Positions 1-9,587 of a DNA stretch of 64,000 nucleotides are shown in pieces. Every line of letters begins with the position of its first letter. Positions within the stretch are counted from its first letter, which is position 1. A model generated the notes under the pieces. That model saw only the letters and a list, made by a program, of their open reading frames with translations. It was not told the DNA's origin and did not search any database. The position numbers and the translations under genes are program-made. Source of the DNA: Akkermansiaceae bacterium (GTDB taxonomy: Bacteria > Verrucomicrobiota > Verrucomicrobiia > Verrucomicrobiales > Akkermansiaceae); NCBI GenBank assembly GCA_047629805.1, contig JBLHUR010000002.1, positions 13,201 to 77,200 of the forward strand, in the 5' to 3' direction.

Positions 1-270
1 TTTTTCGACACCCGCCGCCACCGCTTCCAAGCTAACTTCATTAAGCCGCAAACGATCAAGCATCGCGGGAGTCAATCCCTTCACCTCACCCGCCGCGATG
101 TCCTTGGCATTGCCCGCCAGAATCTCCGCAGCAGCCTCCCGAATCCCCCCCGCCATCGCGCGGAGAATCTCATTTTTCTTTTCTTCAGACAGAACCGCCA
201 GCGAAAGAGCCGCAGCCCTCGCTTTTTTGCCCATCGCATAAACTTGATCTTTAATTTCCTCGCTCGTCAT
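1..270 (-). CDS. proA: gamma-glutamyl phosphate reductase, N-terminal part (gene runs off the window start)
   Basis: My own minus-strand translation from the ATG at 270-268 gives MTSEEIKDQVYAMGKKARAAALSLAVLSEEKKNEILRAMAGGIREAAAEILAGNAKDIAAGEVKGLTPAMLDRLRLNE. This fits the ProA N-terminal pattern. It is absent from the ORF track because there is no stop in the window. Confidence 0.8.
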   Translation of the reverse strand, partial: MTSEEIKDQVYAMGKKARAAALSLAVLSEEKKNEILRAMAGGIREAAAEILAGNAKDIAAGEVKGLTPAMLDRLRLNEVSLEAVAAGVEK

Positions 271-319
271 CACTCCTTCTGAATAAACATTTTCAGAGCA
301 AGAAGAGAGCGTTAAAGTT

Positions 320-1423
320 TTACTCGCTTGGTTTCACCAGAAATTTCTTCGCCGCCCCAAGATATCGCTGCCAATCCCACGACGTGATATCGTGTCTCCC
401 TTCGCGCAGATGATAGCGAACCTTTCCTGCGCCAACCGCATTCCCCGCGGCCGGCATTTCAGCAAGCGTTTCACCCCAAGCCGGAGCCGCCATTTTCAGC
501 GCCAAAAACTCACCCTCCGGATCGGCCCAATCGTCTTTTGAAGCACTCGCCACATAAACCGAACGGGGCGCGATACAGGCAATCAACTGATGTTGATCAA
601 CCGGCAGACTTTCCTCCTTATCGTCGTATTTCCTGAAATTTTTCGCGAACCAGTGAGGAAAAACTTTGTTAATTCGTGCCACTGTTTCCCCGTGCTTTCG
701 CTTACTTAAAGCGGCTCCTCCGCAACCGGAATCGTTGGAAATGGCCATCGCGAACTTCTGATCAGTCGCCCCCGCCCAAAGCGCCGTCTTCCCAAGTCTC
801 GAATGGCCGATCACCACAACCTTCGCGGCATCGATTTCGGCAACCTTCTCCAATTGCTCCCTCACCTGGCTCAAGCCCCACGCCCATCCCGCAATCGTGC
901 CCCAACTCGTCTCATCACGCTTCTGCGGAAACAAGCCATGCACCCCATTCTTAAAGTCATCATCCTTGTCGGGATCAAAATCCGCGCAATGAATCGTCAC
1001 CAGAGCGAACCCGGCATTGGTGATCATCTCAACCGGCCAACGCGTCGCCGCCTTTCCACGGGGCTCGTCATTCGTTTTGGTGATCCACTCATCCCCTTCA
1101 AGCGTATGATTCCCTCGAAAATTCAAACCCAAAAATGCCGGGACATCCTTCTTCCCCGCAGGGAGATAGACAAGCGCCCGCGCCTTCAAAGAACCAGCCA
1201 GCGTCAGAACATACTCGCGACGATCAACTCTCCCATCCAAGATCTTGCTCTCCCGATCCAGCTTCCACTCGCTCGAAATCTCCGCGGTAGGATTAATCCC
1301 GTAAACCTCTCTCTCAAAGACTTTGATCGTCGCCAAGCGAGCCTCAGGAGACCACTTGACCGGATCAGAAACAGTTTCAGCGGACATCAGAGAAGCGGTA
1401 AGAAAGAACAACCATGGTTTCAT
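320..1423 (-). CDS. secreted CE15-type glucuronoyl esterase / acetylxylan esterase-like alpha/beta hydrolase
   Basis: The ORF is 320..1552. It contains the serine motif GHSRLGKTALWAGATDQKF, SNDSGCGGAAL and a C-terminal HLREGRHDITSWDW, as recalled for bacterial CE15 esterases. I prefer the start at ATG 1423 (MKPWLFFLTASLMSAE, a signal peptide) over the 1552 extension. Confidence 0.75.
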   Translation of the reverse strand: MKPWLFFLTASLMSAETVSDPVKWSPEARLATIKVFEREVYGINPTAEISSEWKLDRESKILDGRVDRREYVLTLAGSLKARALVYLPAGKKDVPAFLGLNFRGNHTLEGDEWITKTNDEPRGKAATRWPVEMITNAGFALVTIHCADFDPDKDDDFKNGVHGLFPQKRDETSWGTIAGWAWGLSQVREQLEKVAEIDAAKVVVIGHSRLGKTALWAGATDQKFAMAISNDSGCGGAALSKRKHGETVARINKVFPHWFAKNFRKYDDKEESLPVDQHQLIACIAPRSVYVASASKDDWADPEGEFLALKMAAPAWGETLAEMPAAGNAVGAGKVRYHLREGRHDITSWDWQRYLGAAKKFLVKPSE

Positions 1424-1472
1424 TGCCACCATTAAGCCCCATTTCACAAATGGCACAAGGAAGGACACTCTC

Positions 1473-1640
1473 TCAATCAACACCCACCTCACGGCGATCA
1501 CGAAGAAGGGAACCGCGATTTGCAATCGCGATCCGATAGACCAACCAGACAAGAAAGAGCGAAATCAGAAAAAACCCACCCAAAAACAACAAGAGCAAGA
1601 TGATCCAAGCCTCATCTGAGATGGAATCCGGCCAAAACAT
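1473..1640 (-). CDS. small single-pass membrane protein (55 aa), hypothetical
   Basis: This ORF is below the ORF-track size cut-off. It translates as MFWPDSISDEAWIILLLLFLGGFFLISLFLVWLVYRIAIANRGSLLRDRREVGVD. It has one strong hydrophobic helix and fills the pyrC-esterase gap on the same strand. Confidence 0.3.
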   Translation of the reverse strand: MFWPDSISDEAWIILLLLFLGGFFLISLFLVWLVYRIAIANRGSLLRDRREVGVD

Positions 1641-1658
1641 ACTCCTGCTGAGAGAGAC

Positions 1659-2930
1659 CTATCGCTCAAGTAATACTTGATCTCCCAGCACCACCATCTC
1701 CACGGATCCCTTCAGCGTCTTATCCAAAAACGGCGTATTGGAACTCTTTGACTTCATAAACTCCTTCGTGAAAGTCGTTTCCTTGTTCGGATCAAAAACG
1801 ATGAGATCCGCCGTTTTCCCTTCTGCAACTTCAGCAACTTCAATCTCCATCATACGTCGCGGTTCAGCGGAGTAACGCTTCACAATCAGATCCCATCCGA
1901 ATTCTCCCGTCGTAATAAAACGGTCGTGGAGTGAAACGAGAGCCGTATCGAGCCCGGTGATGCCATTCGGCGCGTCAACAAAGGCCTGCGACTTTTCAAA
2001 CTCGGTATGCGGTGCGTGGTCGGTCGCGATGATCCGAAAAACCCCATCCTTCAATCCCTGTAAAAGAGCCGCATTATCCTCGCGGGTCCGCAGCGGAGGG
2101 TTCATTTTATAGTGCGTGTCGTAGTCCCCAATATCCTCGTCCGCGAACATAAGATGGTGCGGAGAGACTTCACCCGAAACCTTGGCCCCGCGCTCATCAC
2201 GCCACCAACGAATCGTCTCCATCCCAATCGCCGAACTCACGTGCTGAATATGCAAAGTCGCTCCCGTGGCATGTGCGAGACGGATGTCGCGATCCATGCA
2301 AATTTCCTCCGCCAAAGCGGGTGTGCCTTGAATCCCAAGACGATAACTCACCGGTCCTTCATTGAGCGCACGTGGCCCGCATAGTTGCGGGTCTTCACAG
2401 TGACTCGCAAAAAACATTCCAAACTCCGTGCCATACTCCATCGCTCGCTTCAGCAAAGCGGCATTCGGAACAGCATCGCCATCGTCCGTTAGCATCAGAA
2501 TCCCCGCCTCCTTGAGCCCTGCAATCGGAGCCATCTCAAGTCCCGCCCGGTCAACCGTGATGCACGCCGAAGTGTGCACGGGAATACGACATTTCTTCCC
2601 CGCTTCGAGCACGCGCTTCACCACGGTCGGTGAATCAATCGAAGGCGAGGTATTTGGCATCATGACCACTCCCGTGATTCCCCCATTAATTGCCGCTTCC
2701 GTGCCATCGAGAATGGTCTCCTTCTTTTCCTGACCCGGCTCCCGAAAATGCACATGGGAATCAAACATTCCCGGCATGATAATTTGGCCGGAACAATCGA
2801 CCACACGGGCGTGATCCGGTGCATCCATCACGCCAACGGCTTTAATCGCGCCGTCGACAATCCAGACGTCGGCACGTTGCGGGGCTTCATTTTCTGTGGC
2901 GACTTCACCGCCTTTGAGGAAGAGATTCAT
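1659..2930 (-). CDS. pyrC: dihydroorotase
   Basis: It carries the metal-binding motif DSHVHFREPG, plus ATDHAPH and an amidohydrolase-type layout. The ATG at 2930 (MNLFLKGGEV) lies 4 nt after the pyrB stop. The longer 3050 start would overlap pyrB. Confidence 0.9.
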   Translation of the reverse strand: MNLFLKGGEVATENEAPQRADVWIVDGAIKAVGVMDAPDHARVVDCSGQIIMPGMFDSHVHFREPGQEKKETILDGTEAAINGGITGVVMMPNTSPSIDSPTVVKRVLEAGKKCRIPVHTSACITVDRAGLEMAPIAGLKEAGILMLTDDGDAVPNAALLKRAMEYGTEFGMFFASHCEDPQLCGPRALNEGPVSYRLGIQGTPALAEEICMDRDIRLAHATGATLHIQHVSSAIGMETIRWWRDERGAKVSGEVSPHHLMFADEDIGDYDTHYKMNPPLRTREDNAALLQGLKDGVFRIIATDHAPHTEFEKSQAFVDAPNGITGLDTALVSLHDRFITTGEFGWDLIVKRYSAEPRRMMEIEVAEVAEGKTADLIVFDPNKETTFTKEFMKSKSSNTPFLDKTLKGSVEMVVLGDQVLLER

Positions 2931-2934
2931 AAAA

Positions 2935-3846
2935 TTAGGAAACTTGTGGTTTGAGGCCAAAAAGGACCGCCATTCGGGCCGCGATCCCATTTTCGACTTG
3001 TTGGGAAATAAGACAGCGCTCGTAGTCGAGAACTCCGTCGCAAAGCTCAACGCCCCGATTAATCGGTCCGGGATGCATCACATAGATGCCCTCGTCGCTC
3101 ACTCGCGCCAAGCGCTCCTCGGTGATGCCAAAGACCGAGTGATACTCGCGGTCACTCGGGTAGAAAGGTGCGTCCTGCCGCTCTTTCTGAACGCGCAAAA
3201 GATAGACCGCATCCGGTCCCCACTTCATCGCTTCATCGTAGTTCGTAAATCGACGAAACCTCGTTTGCGGAACCAAACTCCCGGGCCCGCAAAAGGCCAC
3301 TTCCACCCCTAGCTTTTCGAGAATCGTGCTCGTCGAACGTGCCACGCGACTATGGAGAATATCGCCCATGATGACGACCTTGCGGCCCTCCATCTCCGGA
3401 AAAACTTCCCGTAGGGTGAAGGCATCAAGCAAAGCCTGCGTCGGATGCGCGTGCGCTCCGTCTCCCGCATTGATCACCGAGGCATTGGTCTGCCTTGCAA
3501 TCGCCGCCGGTTGCCCGGCGAGCCGATGCCGCACCACGATGTAGTCCGCGCGCATTGCTTGCAGAGTATCGATCGTATCGCGAACTGATTCCCCTTTCAT
3601 CACCGACGAATGCGGAACATCAAAGATTGTCACATCCGCCGAAAGTCGCTTCGCCGCCACTTCAAAAGACGAAAGCGTCCGCGTGCTGGGTTCGTAAAAA
3701 AGCATCAGGACCGTCTTCCCTTTCAGGGCCGGTACCTTCTTCACCGAACGAGTAAAGAGATCCTTAAAAGGAACCGCCTGATCGAGCAGATGAATGATTT
3801 CCGCGCGGTCGAGTGAGACAATATCGAGGAAATCTTTACGAGCCAT
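2935..3846 (-). CDS. pyrB: aspartate carbamoyltransferase catalytic subunit
   Basis: It contains the STRTLSSFEVAAKRL (STRTR-type) and HPTQALLD motifs. Confidence 0.93.
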   Translation of the reverse strand: MARKDFLDIVSLDRAEIIHLLDQAVPFKDLFTRSVKKVPALKGKTVLMLFYEPSTRTLSSFEVAAKRLSADVTIFDVPHSSVMKGESVRDTIDTLQAMRADYIVVRHRLAGQPAAIARQTNASVINAGDGAHAHPTQALLDAFTLREVFPEMEGRKVVIMGDILHSRVARSTSTILEKLGVEVAFCGPGSLVPQTRFRRFTNYDEAMKWGPDAVYLLRVQKERQDAPFYPSDREYHSVFGITEERLARVSDEGIYVMHPGPINRGVELCDGVLDYERCLISQQVENGIAARMAVLFGLKPQVS

Positions 3847-3857
3847 GGTGATGAAAA

Positions 3858-4379
3858 TTATTGAGAGATGATTTCGACCGACTCCTTACCGTCGGTCTTT
3901 TGTAAACTGACATCGACACGGTCCATGCGATTGGTCGGGAGAGTCTCCCCGACAAAGCGCGGCTCAATCGGGATTTCGCGATGCCCGCGGTCGATCAAAA
4001 CCGCCAAATCAACCTTGGCCGGGCGACCATAGTCAAAGAGCGCATCCAGCGCCGCACGGATCGTGCGACCGGTAAAAATGACGTCGTCAACAAGGACGAC
4101 ATGCGAGCCATCAACCGGAAAATCAATTTCACTGCTCTGAAGGGTGGGGTTGCTGCTCAGATGTTCGTAGTCGTCGCGATAAAGCGAAATATCCAGCACC
4201 CCGAGCCGAACCTTGGCCCCCTTCTTTTTCAAAACCTCAAAGACCCGCTCGGCCACTTCATCGCCCCGGCTCCGAATCCCCACGAGATCCACTTCATTCC
4301 CCTCGGCCGCGAGAAAAATCTGATCCGCCAGACGGGCGATCGCCGTCGAAATTGCGGAGGGATCTAAGGCTATGCTCAT
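3858..4379 (-). CDS. pyrR: bifunctional pyrimidine operon regulator / uracil phosphoribosyltransferase PyrR
   Basis: It has the PRPP-binding loop VVLVDDVIFTGRTIRAALDAL, is about 173 aa long, and lies directly upstream of pyrB-pyrC. Confidence 0.88.
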   Translation of the reverse strand: MSIALDPSAISTAIARLADQIFLAAEGNEVDLVGIRSRGDEVAERVFEVLKKKGAKVRLGVLDISLYRDDYEHLSSNPTLQSSEIDFPVDGSHVVLVDDVIFTGRTIRAALDALFDYGRPAKVDLAVLIDRGHREIPIEPRFVGETLPTNRMDRVDVSLQKTDGKESVEIISQ

Positions 4380-4467
4380 TTCGTTCGCTTTCGATGATAC
4401 GGAGAATGCCCGTGGTGTAAAACAGGAACAAAAGAATTACAGGGCTTAATGTCATTGGGCGATCAGA

Positions 4468-5514
4468 TTAATGCTTTGCATTTTCCTGGAGTAAGCGGAG
4501 TCGTTCCAGTGCGCTGCCGTCTTTGATCACTTCGCGGGCTTTTCCCAAACCATTCTCGATGTTATCAGCGAGTCCGGCACAGGCGATCGCCGCAGCGGCA
4601 TTCAGGATGACCATATCGCGTTTTGGACCCTCTTCTTTTCCTGAAAGAATCTCTTCGAGAATCCCGGCATTCTCACGGGCATCGCCCCCTTGCAGGTCCT
4701 CGACTTGGGCGACTTGAAGACCAAAGTCACTCGGACTGACTTCCTCGTCAACCAAGCTCTGATAGCTCCCTGACTTACAAATCCGGGTCGCTCCCATGAG
4801 GCTCATTTCATCGACCGAGCGACCATCCGCCGTCGATCCATTCACGATCCAAGCACTATCACGTCCGAGACGCTGGAGAATCTCGGCAAAGACCGGGCAG
4901 AGTTTTTGATCAAAGACCCCCACTAACTGGCACTCGGGGTTCGCAGGGTTCAAAAGAGGTCCGATGAGATTAAAGATGGTCCGTTGACCCTGCTCGGCAA
5001 GCATCTTACGAACCGGCACCACTGCTTTGAAAGCAGGATGATATTGTGGAGCAAAGAGGAATCCGACTCCGGCCTTCTCTAAACAAGTCCCTACTCGTTC
5101 CGAAGGGAGATCGATTGCAATACCCAATGCCTCCAGGACATCAGCACCACCGCTTTTTGAGGTAATCCCCCGGTTCCCGTGTTTCACGACGATTCCCCCT
5201 GCCGCCGCGACGACAAACATGCTCGTGGTCGAAACATTGAAGAGATCAAGCTTGTCCCCTCCTGTTCCACAAACATCGATTGTCGGGCCTTCGAAAGACT
5301 GACCAAGAAAGGATGGCTTCACCGCTTTCTCCAAAAAGACCGACACGAACTCCGCAATTTCAGCAGCCGTTTCGCCTTTTTCAGCGAGTGCTTTTAAAAG
5401 TCGCGCCTTCTTCTCAAGATCTCCTTTTTCATCAAGGAGAAACTCCGCCGCAGTAGCAATCTCGCGAGGTTCCAGCTCTTCCTTGTTCTCAAGATGGTGA
5501 ATTAAACTGTCCAT
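4468..5514 (-). CDS. trpD: anthranilate phosphoribosyltransferase
   Basis: It contains CGTGGDKLDLFNVSTTSMFVVAAAG and KHGNRGITSKSGGADVLEALG. Confidence 0.92.
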   Translation of the reverse strand: MDSLIHHLENKEELEPREIATAAEFLLDEKGDLEKKARLLKALAEKGETAAEIAEFVSVFLEKAVKPSFLGQSFEGPTIDVCGTGGDKLDLFNVSTTSMFVVAAAGGIVVKHGNRGITSKSGGADVLEALGIAIDLPSERVGTCLEKAGVGFLFAPQYHPAFKAVVPVRKMLAEQGQRTIFNLIGPLLNPANPECQLVGVFDQKLCPVFAEILQRLGRDSAWIVNGSTADGRSVDEMSLMGATRICKSGSYQSLVDEEVSPSDFGLQVAQVEDLQGGDARENAGILEEILSGKEEGPKRDMVILNAAAAIACAGLADNIENGLGKAREVIKDGSALERLRLLQENAKH

Positions 5515-5575
5515 AGTCTGAGACTAACACAAGGCGTCACGGCATCCAAGCAGTTCAGGAAGAATCGGCACAAGG

Positions 5576-6235
5576 TCAATCATCGGCAATGACGCCGTCC
5601 TTGATTGTGAACACACGGTCGCCGAGGCTGGCCAGACTGGTGTCGTGAGTGACAACCACGAGAGTGGCATTTTGCTCCTCCACCACTTTCATCAATATCT
5701 TCATAATCTCATCTCCGTTTGCCGAGTCGAGATTACCGGTGGGTTCATCAGCGAAGATCATCGAGGGCGAATTCACGAGCGCGCGGGCGATGGCAACGCG
5801 TTGCTGTTCTCCTCCAGAGAGTTCAGCGGGCAGGTGATCGACTCGCTCCGCCAGGCCCACTCGTTCGAGTGCCGCCTTTGCCGCAGCTTGATCCGACTTC
5901 CCTCCGATGAGACCAGGCACAAGAACATTCTCGATCGCGGTGAGTTCAGGAAGGAGGAAGTAATTCTGAAAAATGTAGCCAATCTTCTCGTTGCGAAGGC
6001 GAGCCTGATTCGCGGAGGAGAGACTGTAAAAGTCCGTCCCATCGATGAGAATCTTACCCCGATGCGGTTTTTCAAGTCCCGCCAAGGTATACATCAAAGT
6101 GGTTTTACCAGCACCGCTAGGGCCGCAGAGGAAGATTTTCTCACCCGCCTGAATGTGCAGATCGATCCCTCTGAGGACTTCGATCTCTTTCTTGGCGAGG
6201 GTGTAGGAACGGTGGACTTGCTGGGCTTCAATCAT
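5576..6235 (-). CDS. ABC transporter ATP-binding protein, LolD/MacB/FtsE-like, with no adjacent permease
   Basis: It has Walker [10 protein letters not shown], signature [15 protein letters not shown] and Walker [12 protein letters not shown]. Its ATG overlaps the gspF stop (ATGA at 6235-6232). Confidence 0.9.
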   Translation of the reverse strand: MIEAQQVHRSYTLAKKEIEVLRGIDLHIQAGEKIFLCGPSGAGKTTLMYTLAGLEKPHRGKILIDGTDFYSLSSANQARLRNEKIGYIFQNYFLLPELTAIENVLVPGLIGGKSDQAAAKAALERVGLAERVDHLPAELSGGEQQRVAIARALVNSPSMIFADEPTGNLDSANGDEIMKILMKVVEEQNATLVVVTHDTSLASLGDRVFTIKDGVIADD

Positions 6236-7518
6236 CTGGTGCCAATACTTTCAATGGTTTGGAAGATGGCCGTGATCATGAGGTAGGCCATGGAGCCAAT
6301 CAAGACCGCCATCACCAAAAGCACCGCCGGCATAATGAGTGCCATGATGGCTTGGAGGGAATTGTTCAACTCCTTATCAAAGCGGTTCGCCGCTTTCCGC
6401 AACGATTGCGCGATATTTCCGGTCTGCTCACCCACCGATACCATGTCGATTAAAAGGGGCGAAAAGGCCCCCGATCGACTCAGCGAAGCCGAGAGCGTTC
6501 GACCATCCCCCACCCATTCCAACATCTCCGTGAGATGCTTCTTGAGGTAGAGATTGGGTGTGGCGTCTTTGGTGAGTTCGAGCGCGCGCAGAAGCGGTAG
6601 TCCGTTCCCAACCAAGTTGGCCATGGTTTCGAGAAATTGGACGTAGAAGCGATGCTCGACGACACGTCCAAAAAGCGGGATCTTTAACTTCATCCGATCC
6701 CAAGCCGGGCGATTGGCCTCGTTGTCCTTCCAGGCTTTGAAAAGAATGAGAACGGCCGCGATCACCAACACGATCACGATCCACCACTTGGTAAAAAAAT
6801 TGGAAGCTCCCATCAGAAGCTTGGCCCCGAGAGGAACCTTTCCACCCGCACTGTTCTCGATAAGGCCGGTGAGCTGCGGGATGAGTTGGGTAATAAAAAC
6901 GATGCCTACCCCGATACCCGCAAGAACGAGGAAACAGGGATAGATCAAAGCGAGAATGACCCGACCTTGTAGCTCTTGGAGAGTCTTTAGGTAGTGAGCC
7001 TGACGTTCCAGAATGGTATCGAGAGCACCACTGGCCTCACCTGCCGCGGCGAGATTACAATAAAGAGAACCGAAACTCGGACTGACTCGGCGAAGAGCGA
7101 CCGAGAAACTATTACCGTCACGCACAAGTTGACGGATTTTGGAGGAAACCACCTTGAGATTGCCCAGCTCCTGACGATTTTCCATCGCTCGGAGAGCCGG
7201 CTCAAGTTGGAGACCTGCCGCCAACATGTCGGAAAGCTCTTCGGTAAAGAGAACGATCTCACCACGCTTCAGCTTAATGGGACCATCGGGAATGACGTCC
7301 TCTCCCACTGCCTTCGCCGCCTTTCCGGGAGCGCTTACGGCTTTTTTAGCAGCACTCTTTTTCGCAGGCGCGGCGGCATCCGCTCCCATATGAATCGAGA
7401 CCGGTTGCAGACCTTTGCGATCAAGTTGACGTAATGCTTCTCCGCGGTCTCCCGCGTCGAGCGATCCGGTTACGACCGATCCGCTCGCACTTAATGCCTT
7501 ATATGTAAAACTGGCCAC
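6232..7518 (-). CDS. gspF: type II secretion / type IV pilus platform protein GspF/PilC family
   Basis: It has the two-repeat polytopic architecture. Motifs include FTEELSDMLAAGLQLEPAL, LLRALELT and MVSVGEQTGN. It lies directly downstream of gspE. Confidence 0.9.
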   Translation of the reverse strand: MASFTYKALSASGSVVTGSLDAGDRGEALRQLDRKGLQPVSIHMGADAAAPAKKSAAKKAVSAPGKAAKAVGEDVIPDGPIKLKRGEIVLFTEELSDMLAAGLQLEPALRAMENRQELGNLKVVSSKIRQLVRDGNSFSVALRRVSPSFGSLYCNLAAAGEASGALDTILERQAHYLKTLQELQGRVILALIYPCFLVLAGIGVGIVFITQLIPQLTGLIENSAGGKVPLGAKLLMGASNFFTKWWIVIVLVIAAVLILFKAWKDNEANRPAWDRMKLKIPLFGRVVEHRFYVQFLETMANLVGNGLPLLRALELTKDATPNLYLKKHLTEMLEWVGDGRTLSASLSRSGAFSPLLIDMVSVGEQTGNIAQSLRKAANRFDKELNNSLQAIMALIMPAVLLVMAVLIGSMAYLMITAIFQTIESIGTR

Positions 7519-7539
7519 CTTACTTGTTTCGTTTTTATT

Positions 7540-9249
7540 TTAAGTGCTCGAGGCAAGGTCAGTTGCCGTGACGGAAGCGACCTCTTCGATTGTCGTGATT
7601 CCCTTCATCACCTTATGCCAACCATATTCCCGCATCGGAACAAAGCCATCCTTGATCGCTTGTGCTTTCAAGATAGGAGCTGCGGCACTCTTTGCGACCA
7701 ACTCTTCCATCTCATTTCCGATTAAAATCACCTCGTAAATCGCAAGTCGTCCCGAGAAACCAGTATTACGACACTTATCACATCCCACCGGCTCATAAAC
7801 CTGCCCTTGGACGTCATCGGGAATCCCGAGGCGGTGACGTTGTCCGATCGAAACCTCCACCGGAGTTTTACAATGCTCACAAAGTCGCCGAACCAGTCGC
7901 TGTGCGAGGAAGGCCCGCACCGATGCGGCCACGAGGAAAGGCTCCACCCCCATATCAACCAAGCGGCTAATCCCGCCGAGGGCATCGTTGGTGTGGAGGG
8001 TTGAGAAAACAAGGTGACCGGTCAGAGAAGCGCGGATCGCGATCTCGGCAGTCTCAAGATCTCGAATCTCACCCAACATCACGATGTTAGGGTCGGCACG
8101 GAGAATGGAACGCAGTCCGCTCGCGAAGGTGAGACCAATCTCACTCTTCACCGCGATTTGCATCACTCCTTCAAGCTTGTTCTCCACCGGATCCTCAATC
8201 GTCACGATGCGCGTGTCGGAAGTATTAAGCTCACTCAGGAAAGAGTAGAGGCTGGTCGATTTACCCGAACCAGTGGGTCCGGTAATCAAAATGATTCCGT
8301 TGGGAAGACTCAGGATGCTTTTGATCTTATCGAGGACCATGTCCTCCATTCCCAAGAGCTCCACATTGAACTTCTCCTGGTTCAAAAGTCGCAAACTTAC
8401 CGACTCACCCTCAACCGTAGGCACGGTTGCGACACGAACGTCGATGGAACTTCCCTCGAACTGAAGGTTAATCCGGCCATCCTGAGGGAGACGGCGCTCG
8501 GCAATATCGAGCTTCGACATGATTTTGAGACGAGCAATCACAGAGGATTGGAGCGATTTAATCTGATCTGGCACCGCGATATCAACCAAGCCACCATCGA
8601 TCCGGTAGCGGATACGGAGGTTATCAGCAAGCGGCTCGACATGAATATCGGTCGCTTTTTGATCCAGAGCTTCCCGGATAATTTGATTCACAAACTTCAC
8701 CACGCTGGCCTCTTCGTCCTCGATCTCATCAATGACACTGGCCTCATCCTTATCGAGATTATCGAGATCGAGATCACGGCCTTCTAAGAGCTTCTCAAAA
8801 GTATCAGCACCCACCCCATAGAGCTTGCGGAGGGACTCATGAACCCGACGGCGCGAAGCCATGTGCCACACGATTGGCAGATCAATCGCCTGGGCCGCCG
8901 CTTGACGGGCCATAAGATTGAGCGGATCATACGTGACCATATGCAAGCGAGCATGCTCGCCCTCTCCCTCGATCTCGATCGGCAAAACGCGGTGCTTCAA
9001 AGCAATCTGCGGACCACAAGCGGTGCGCAGCGGTAAGGGGCTTTCGACAGGAGGAATCTCCGCCAGCCACTCCATGTGGAGGTCGCCGGAAAGATGCTGC
9101 ATGTAGGGCTCCTCATCGACGAGCCCGCTATCTAGAATATCATCGACAGGAGAGCCCTGACGCTGGCTGGCATCTTCGACCGCTTCCTGTAGGGCGGTAA
9201 GATCGGTGCAGCCGGTTTCGCGGGCAGGCTTAATGAGAAGCTCGGTCAT
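7540..9249 (-). CDS. gspE: type II secretion ATPase GspE/PilB family
   Basis: It has Walker A GPTGSGKST, Asp box, Walker B, His box and a tetracysteine CEHCK...CDKCRNTG. I prefer the start at ATG 9249 (MTELLIKPA) over the extended 9390 start. Confidence 0.93.
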   Translation of the reverse strand: MTELLIKPARETGCTDLTALQEAVEDASQRQGSPVDDILDSGLVDEEPYMQHLSGDLHMEWLAEIPPVESPLPLRTACGPQIALKHRVLPIEIEGEGEHARLHMVTYDPLNLMARQAAAQAIDLPIVWHMASRRRVHESLRKLYGVGADTFEKLLEGRDLDLDNLDKDEASVIDEIEDEEASVVKFVNQIIREALDQKATDIHVEPLADNLRIRYRIDGGLVDIAVPDQIKSLQSSVIARLKIMSKLDIAERRLPQDGRINLQFEGSSIDVRVATVPTVEGESVSLRLLNQEKFNVELLGMEDMVLDKIKSILSLPNGIILITGPTGSGKSTSLYSFLSELNTSDTRIVTIEDPVENKLEGVMQIAVKSEIGLTFASGLRSILRADPNIVMLGEIRDLETAEIAIRASLTGHLVFSTLHTNDALGGISRLVDMGVEPFLVAASVRAFLAQRLVRRLCEHCKTPVEVSIGQRHRLGIPDDVQGQVYEPVGCDKCRNTGFSGRLAIYEVILIGNEMEELVAKSAAAPILKAQAIKDGFVPMREYGWHKVMKGITTIEEVASVTATDLASST

Positions 9250-9432
9250 AAGTTGGGTGAGTATTGATAAAACGAGCGAGGTGGGAAGATCTGTCTGCGG
9301 GAATGTTGGGTATTTGAAACTTTTCGCAAGCCGAGATGATTTCCGTTGCGAAATGATCACCTCGCGCCTACTCTCCCGCGTCTGCCTCATGCGCCAGATG
9401 TGGTTAATTGGCCGACCCGATATTATTAATAA

Positions 9433-9587
9433 TGGGGGTGGCCCCGGAGGACTAATGTCGCGCCTTTACTGGAAGGCAGCGGTCCGATGGATACCCCCAA
9501 CCTCGAGCTTCGGGAAAGCGGCTCATGTGCCACGGACGGTGAGGCAGATTCTAAAAACCCCGCTCTTAAACAGAGCGGGGTTTTTTT
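9433..9587 (+). ncRNA. candidate structured small RNA or leader of unknown family
   Basis: The region lies in the divergent gap between gspE and the sulfatase gene. It has a composite hairpin at 9433-9499 closed by TGGGGGT/ACCCCCA, a hairpin at 9505-9524 and a hairpin at 9528-9546. A strong intrinsic terminator follows. An AT-rich palindrome ATTATTAATAAT at 9422-9433 lies just upstream. Confidence 0.3.
9558..9587 (+). terminator. rho-independent terminator
   Basis: A 9-bp GC-rich stem CCCCGCTCT/AGAGCGGGG with a 5-nt loop is followed by T7 (9581-9587). It is preceded by A5, so it could act in both directions. Confidence 0.7.

Noticed and set aside
803-1435. Long ORFs antisense to, or out of frame with, recognised genes. 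Examples: 803..1435, 8014..8787, 20366..21085, 21188..21949, 24576..25328, 29975..30559, 31359..31985, 31998..32561, 36608..37858, 51063..51767, 52975..53730 and 53385..54335.
   Set aside because: Each lies fully inside a gene with strong family motifs on the other strand or frame. Their translations are low-complexity (Pro/Arg/Ser/Gly-rich), as expected for shadow ORFs in DNA with C/G-rich third codon positions.
4380-4467. A PyrR-binding attenuator in the pyrR leader.
   Set aside because: I looked for the PyrR binding loop consensus (UCCAGAGAGG-like) and an anti-terminator/terminator pair on the minus strand. I found neither.
9422-9433. The palindrome ATTATTAATAAT as a dif (XerCD) site.
   Set aside because: It has no resemblance to the conserved XerD arm TTATGTTAAAT or to the 11-6-11 dif layout. 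It is more likely promoter AT-rich DNA.
9433-9587. Assigning the structured RNA candidate to SRP RNA, RNase P RNA, tmRNA or a c-di-GMP riboswitch.
   Set aside because: GGAAGGCAGCGG superficially resembles the SRP helix-8 3' strand, and CGGGAAAGCGG resembles RNase P P4. However, the flanking conserved sequences (GUCCGGAAGGAAGCAGC, GGAAAGUCCGG, the tmRNA acceptor/T-arm, ACGCAAAGC) are absent and the length does not fit. It is left as an unknown family.
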